Below, piece after piece: positions 61,901-64,000 of a DNA stretch of 64,000 bases. Every line of letters begins with the position of its first letter. Position 1 is the stretch's first letter. The DNA comes from Macrostomum hystrix (Eukaryota > Animalia > Platyhelminthes). A program made the position numbers and the translations under genes. The stretch is taken from assembly GCA_950097015.1 (NCBI GenBank), contig CATNEN010000038.1:17608001-17672000 (forward strand). The letters are read 5' to 3'. The notes beneath the pieces were generated by a model. The model had not been told where the DNA came from, did no database searches, and saw nothing but the letters and a program-made list of their open reading frames with translations.

Positions 61901-62581
61901 GCACTCCTTCTTTCGCTCCCTCATTCACTTCCGCATTCAATCCCTCATTCACTTCCTCATTCGCTCCATCATTCACTCTCTCATTCACTCCCTCATTCAC
62001 TCCCTCATTCACTCCCTCATTCACTCCCTCATTCACTCCCTCATTCACTCCCTCATTCACTCCCTCATTCACTGTCTTATTCACTCCGTCATTCACTTAC
62101 TCATACACTCCCTCATTCACTCCCTCATTCACTCCCTCATTCACTCCCTCATTCACTCCCTCATTCACTCCCTCATTCACTCCCTCAGTCACTCCCTTAT
62201 TCAATCTCTTATTCACTCCCTCATTCACTCCTTCAGTCACTTCCTCATTCACTCCCTCAGTCACTCCCTCAGTCACTCCCTTATTCAATCTCTTATTCAC
62301 TCCCTCATTCACTCCTTCAGTCACTTCCTCATTCACTCCATCATTCACTCCCTCATTCACTCTCTCATTCACTCCCTCATTCACTCTCTCATTCACTCCC
62401 TTATTCCCTTCTTCATTCACTCGTAATGACTAGCTTTTAGAAGCAAAACAATCTGTGCTCACGTAATGCTCAGCCGAGCTAGCGTTCTGTCCGAAATCTT
62501 TGCTGCCAACGTATTCGTAAATGAATGATAGCTGGGGATTTTCCACCACCGAGTAGTTGTTGCCAACGTTTACGAACAAGC
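22991..62581 (-). CDS. Divergent inositol 1,4,5-trisphosphate receptor-family (IP3R/RyR superfamily) channel; 5'-partial, 30 exons, ~2015 codons in window
   Basis: Exons 62581-62463, 61770-61512, 60521-60370, 59627-59512, 59432-59330, 57716-57404, 56073-55614, 53930-53658, 50791-50672, 50591-50508, 48224-47945, 47239-47168, 47083-46954, 40783-40645, 38517-38335, 38188-38032, 37457-37260, 37052-36996, 35691-35398, 34747-34466, 33274-32978, 31789-31681, 28491-28373, 28282-27951, 27153-26765, 25631-25453, 24697-24347, 24037-23900, 23501-23274, 23107-22991; phase-consistent chain. RIH motif LVDLLATCAEGEN; RIH-associated CDGQHLGLQNYLREQ..NEFCAGNQEN; IEIV; S6 LNIIFGIIVDTFSQLRD; zinc finger CFICS..H...EHNMWAY; FFPLNRAL. 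Confidence 0.92.
23525..23822. repeat. Minisatellite, 14/16-bp unit
   Basis: TCTCATCTCTCCTG(TG). Confidence 0.95.
24757..25312. mobile_element. Cluster of SINE family A copies in opposite orientations
   Basis: + copy 24757-24965; - copy ~24970-25253; + tail fragment 25255-25312. Confidence 0.85.
25664..26745 (+). mobile_element. Mariner (Tc1/mariner) relic, internally deleted, filling an intron
   Basis: Broken frames give RPLSSTTDENLAAV..LIEKDP.RTVQQLA, TILHERLRLSKVS, SPDLAP.DFF, LKGVQFES, FTTWFER...GEYFEKS*. Left end TACGCGTGTTCAATCAGTTTCCGGACT is mariner-TIR-like; right TIR unclear. Confidence 0.75.
27160..27800 (-). mobile_element. Possible highly decayed mariner-like transposase fragment
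   Basis: Scattered pieces on the minus strand (LLHDRF, FYDES, FMTVFWN) in mariner order; many stops. Confidence 0.3.
29820..30183 (+). mobile_element. SINE family A copy, full length
   Basis: Colinear with 19210-19570. Confidence 0.9.
30553..30828 (-). mobile_element. SINE family B (tRNA-derived, CORE-type) copy
   Basis: Colinear with 56598-56906. Confidence 0.82.
31843..32120 (+). mobile_element. SINE family A copy, 5'-truncated, central hairpin deleted
   Basis: Colinear with the family except that GTGTACAC joins directly to ACCTGTG. Confidence 0.85.
32168..32785. repeat. Minisatellite, 32-bp unit
   Basis: ATCAAAGAAACGAATAGCAGTAAAGGCGGCCC. Confidence 0.97.
33282..34276. repeat. Minisatellite, 18-bp unit
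   Basis: GATTGAGGTGGTGTTTTG variants. Confidence 0.97.
34820..35070 (-). mobile_element. SINE family A copy, diverged
   Basis: Reverse-complement similarity, including CGAGCTCAGGGACCTTGGTGCGA. Confidence 0.8.
35148..35350 (-). mobile_element. SINE family B copy, partial
   Basis: GGTACCCATTTAACAGCTGGGTGAAC core and shared tail. Confidence 0.8.
35930..36350. repeat. Tandem repeat, 68-bp unit
   Basis: CTGATTGGCTGGTAGGTTCAACAGTTTTAAATGTGCGATTTCTCTGCAGAGTCAGGCAGCGAAAGTAG, ~6 copies. Confidence 0.96.
37075..37240. repeat. Minisatellite, 20-bp unit
   Basis: ACAGTTTTGTGTACTTTTAT. Confidence 0.93.
37563..37945. repeat. Minisatellite, ~40-bp unit
   Basis: TTCTGATAGGAGGAGGAGTGAGGTTGGGTGCCCGCTATGA. 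Confidence 0.93.
39038..39260 (+). mobile_element. SINE family B copy, 3'-truncated
   Basis: Head TAGCCAAGTGG..GGTTCG; core GCATTGCTTCAGTTCGCTCAGCTGTTAAATGGGTAC. Confidence 0.82.
39515..39808 (-). CDS. Intronic 97-aa ORF with C-terminal hydrophobic segment (nested small gene or alternative last exon of the IP3R-like gene)
   Basis: ATG to TAG, non-repetitive, GC-rich codons like the real exons; AATAAA (minus strand) ~12 nt after the stop; TATATTAA ~70 nt upstream; CAG|C-ATG in phase with upstream exon 40783-40645. Confidence 0.5.
   Translation of the reverse strand: MSDYLEQLLYDEARVNQKLFHVLLKRLKTNRLQADDLVGNVLYLTLLITESGYDLRGMTRPHWFSLSIGTIMRMTAFGLLFFSAAMLAAPRLIRALS
39970..40290 (-). mobile_element. 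SINE family B copy, full length
   Basis: Colinear with 56598-56906. Confidence 0.85.
40320..40486 (-). mobile_element. SINE family A fragment
   Basis: Reverse complement of head and central hairpin. Confidence 0.8.
40797..46850. repeat. Large minisatellite, 22-bp unit, ~275 copies
   Basis: GAGAATCA(CT/GA)GTGAGAACCGAT. Confidence 0.99.
47320..47900. repeat. Degenerate 9/18-bp pyrimidine-rich minisatellite
   Basis: ATTCTCCCAAATCTCCCT. Confidence 0.92.
48335..50375. repeat. (CT)n-TGA compound micro/minisatellite, 11-12-bp unit
   Basis: CTCTCTCTCTGA / CTCTCTCCTGA. Confidence 0.98.
51028..52107. repeat. Minisatellite, 22-bp unit
   Basis: TGAGAACAGGTGAATCAGTGTA. Confidence 0.98.
52525..53613. 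repeat. Minisatellite, 8/16-bp unit
   Basis: GACAGGTA GACAGGGT. Confidence 0.98.
53985..55437. repeat. Minisatellite, 23-bp unit
   Basis: GACAGATTTATCTACGATTGATT. Confidence 0.97.
56598..56906 (-). mobile_element. SINE family B, full-length reference copy (tRNA head + CORE-like domain + (ATT)n tail)
   Basis: Minus strand: A box TAGCCTAGTGG, B box GGTTCGATTCCC, then TGTGTCCTTTAGCAAGACACTTAACTCTGCATTGCTTCAGTTCACCCAGCTGTTAAATGGG, resembling the MIR/CORE consensus. Confidence 0.88.
57050..57180 (+). mobile_element. SINE family B fragment, diverged
   Basis: GTTCGATTCCCGACTCC..TAGCAAGACA..GCATTGCTTCAGT. Confidence 0.75.
57826..59203. repeat. Minisatellite, 12-bp unit
   Basis: ATCTACGATTCT. Confidence 0.98.
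59715..60352. repeat. Minisatellite, 12-bp unit grading from ATGGAATTGTCT to ATAGAATCGTAG
   Basis: Right half is the reverse complement of the 57826 array. Confidence 0.97.
60708..60872. repeat. Minisatellite, 12-bp unit
   Basis: GATGGAATCGTA. Confidence 0.96.
60878..61360. repeat. Minisatellite, 10-bp unit
   Basis: TACAGAAATC / TCTAGAAATC / TACTGAAATC. Confidence 0.96.
61915..62422. repeat. Minisatellite, 12-bp unit
   Basis: CTCATTCACTCC. Confidence 0.96.
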
Positions 62582-62744
62582 CTTGAAGTGTTATTGATTA
62601 ATTTTTGAAATTCGGAAAAAAAGTCTTCACCAACCGAAATTTCGTTGTTTTTGGAAGCAATAGCTTTTGAGAAGCTAAGAATTGCACAAGTGCACACAAA
62701 GAATTGTGCGCTTTTGGAAGTTTTGTGTTTTCGGATCATAGTAA

Positions 62745-63058
62745 TTTTGTAATTTTTGTACTTTTCTACATTTTGCACTTTTAGTAATTTTGTACTTTTA
62801 GGAATTTTGTTATTTCAGGAATTTTGTACTTTAAGGAATTTTGTACTTTTAGGAATTTTGTACTTTTAGGAACTTTGTACTTTTAGGAACTTTGTACTTT
62901 TAGGAATTTTGTACTTTTAGGAATTTTGTACTTTTAGGAATTTTGTACTTTTAGGAATTTTGTACTTTTAGGAATTTTGTACTTTTAGGAATTTTGTACT
63001 TTTAGGAATTTTGTACTTTTAGGAATTTTGTATTTTTAGGAATTTTGTTAGGAATTAG
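62745..63058. repeat. Minisatellite, 17-bp unit
   Basis: TTTTGTACTTTTAGGAA. Confidence 0.96.
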
Positions 63059-63567
63059 GAAGCTTTTTCGTTTCTTAGAACTGATTCATGCAATCGCCTA
63101 CTGTGAAAAGTAGCCCCAATGGTGCATTCATTATCTTCTCAAAAATCCCATAAATAGGAATAAAAAACTATTGTTTCCAGTATAAACAGGGACGATGCTG
63201 ATCCATTAATGGGATTATTTCTTTCGTCTCTTCTTCCCTGGCCTAGTCTGGGAATTTCAATACCAAAAGAAATTACACAAAAGTGTCTATTTTCTTTTTT
63301 AGACTGGAAATATATTTTAAGTGCGTCTTAAATTGCAGCTGATTGGGGGTAGTTTAGCGGTTTCTGAAGGAAACTCCTGGCCATACGGGCTGCAGAAATG
63401 CTTTTAGCCTGGACTTAAATTTTATTGCCCGCAATTTTGCGTAAACCTTTTGGGATTTCGCTGAGGATTAGTGCATTAGCGGTACAACTGAATACAATTT
63501 GATTCGACCGTTTCCGATACGGATAAAGTACTCAAATATATACAGACCTGTGTTACTGAACTAGATT

Positions 63568-63742
63568 TCTACGATTCCATCTACGATTCCATCTACGATT
63601 CCATCTACGATTCCATCTACGATTCCATCTACGATTCCATCTACGATTCCATCTACGATTCCATCTACGATTCCATCTACGATTCCATCTACGATTCCAT
63701 CTACGATTCCATCTACGATTCCATCTACGATTCCATCTACTG
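63568..63742. repeat. Minisatellite, 12-bp unit
   Basis: CTACGATTCCAT, reverse complement of the 60708 array. Confidence 0.97.
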
Positions 63743-64000
63743 TTCCTGGAATGAATATGCGTGCCTAATATTAAACGCCTGAATGACGGCAGACAACGAG
63801 GCACTTACGAATCGCATTTGGTGCTCACTCTACAAGTCCCTACAAGCCAGCTTTATCTAAACAAACTAGACCAAACCCATGAGAATTGCTGCACAAGATT
63901 TTATAAAAAGTTACTCGTTTTCAGCGTTAGGGACAGTCAGACATGCTCAGGCATCGAGTTAAGTCTCAAGTCCGTATTCCCCTCCCAATCAGAGAAATCA

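Noticed and set aside
62582-64000. Further upstream exon of the channel gene
   Set aside because: No convincing phase-compatible exon with family similarity was found; the gene presumably continues beyond the window.

Overview
Eukaryotic (animal) genomic DNA: GC-rich spliced exons, AT-rich introns crowded with minisatellites and tRNA-derived SINEs. The style resembles a free-living flatworm such as Macrostomum, but that is inference only. Three spliced genes were reconstructed by hand. (1) A TLCD1/2-like gene (-, 10591-4107, 5 exons, 326 aa). (2) Head-to-head with it, MKS1 (+, from 11181), which has two homologous alternative last exons. (3) The 3' ~2000 codons (30 exons, -, 62581-22991; 5' end outside the window) of a divergent IP3-receptor-family channel. 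Also present: a decayed RT-RNase H non-LTR retrotransposon, a mariner relic, two SINE families (one CORE-type) and about 28 tandem arrays. Most interesting: the channel keeps its gate, zinc finger and Ca2+-sensor residues but lacks the RxGGG of the GGG(I/V)GD selectivity filter; a 97-codon hydrophobic-tailed ORF with its own AATAAA lies in one of its introns and is in frame as an alternative last exon; and complementary intronic minisatellites bracket two frame-preserving exon pairs. All homology calls are from recalled motifs, not database searches.
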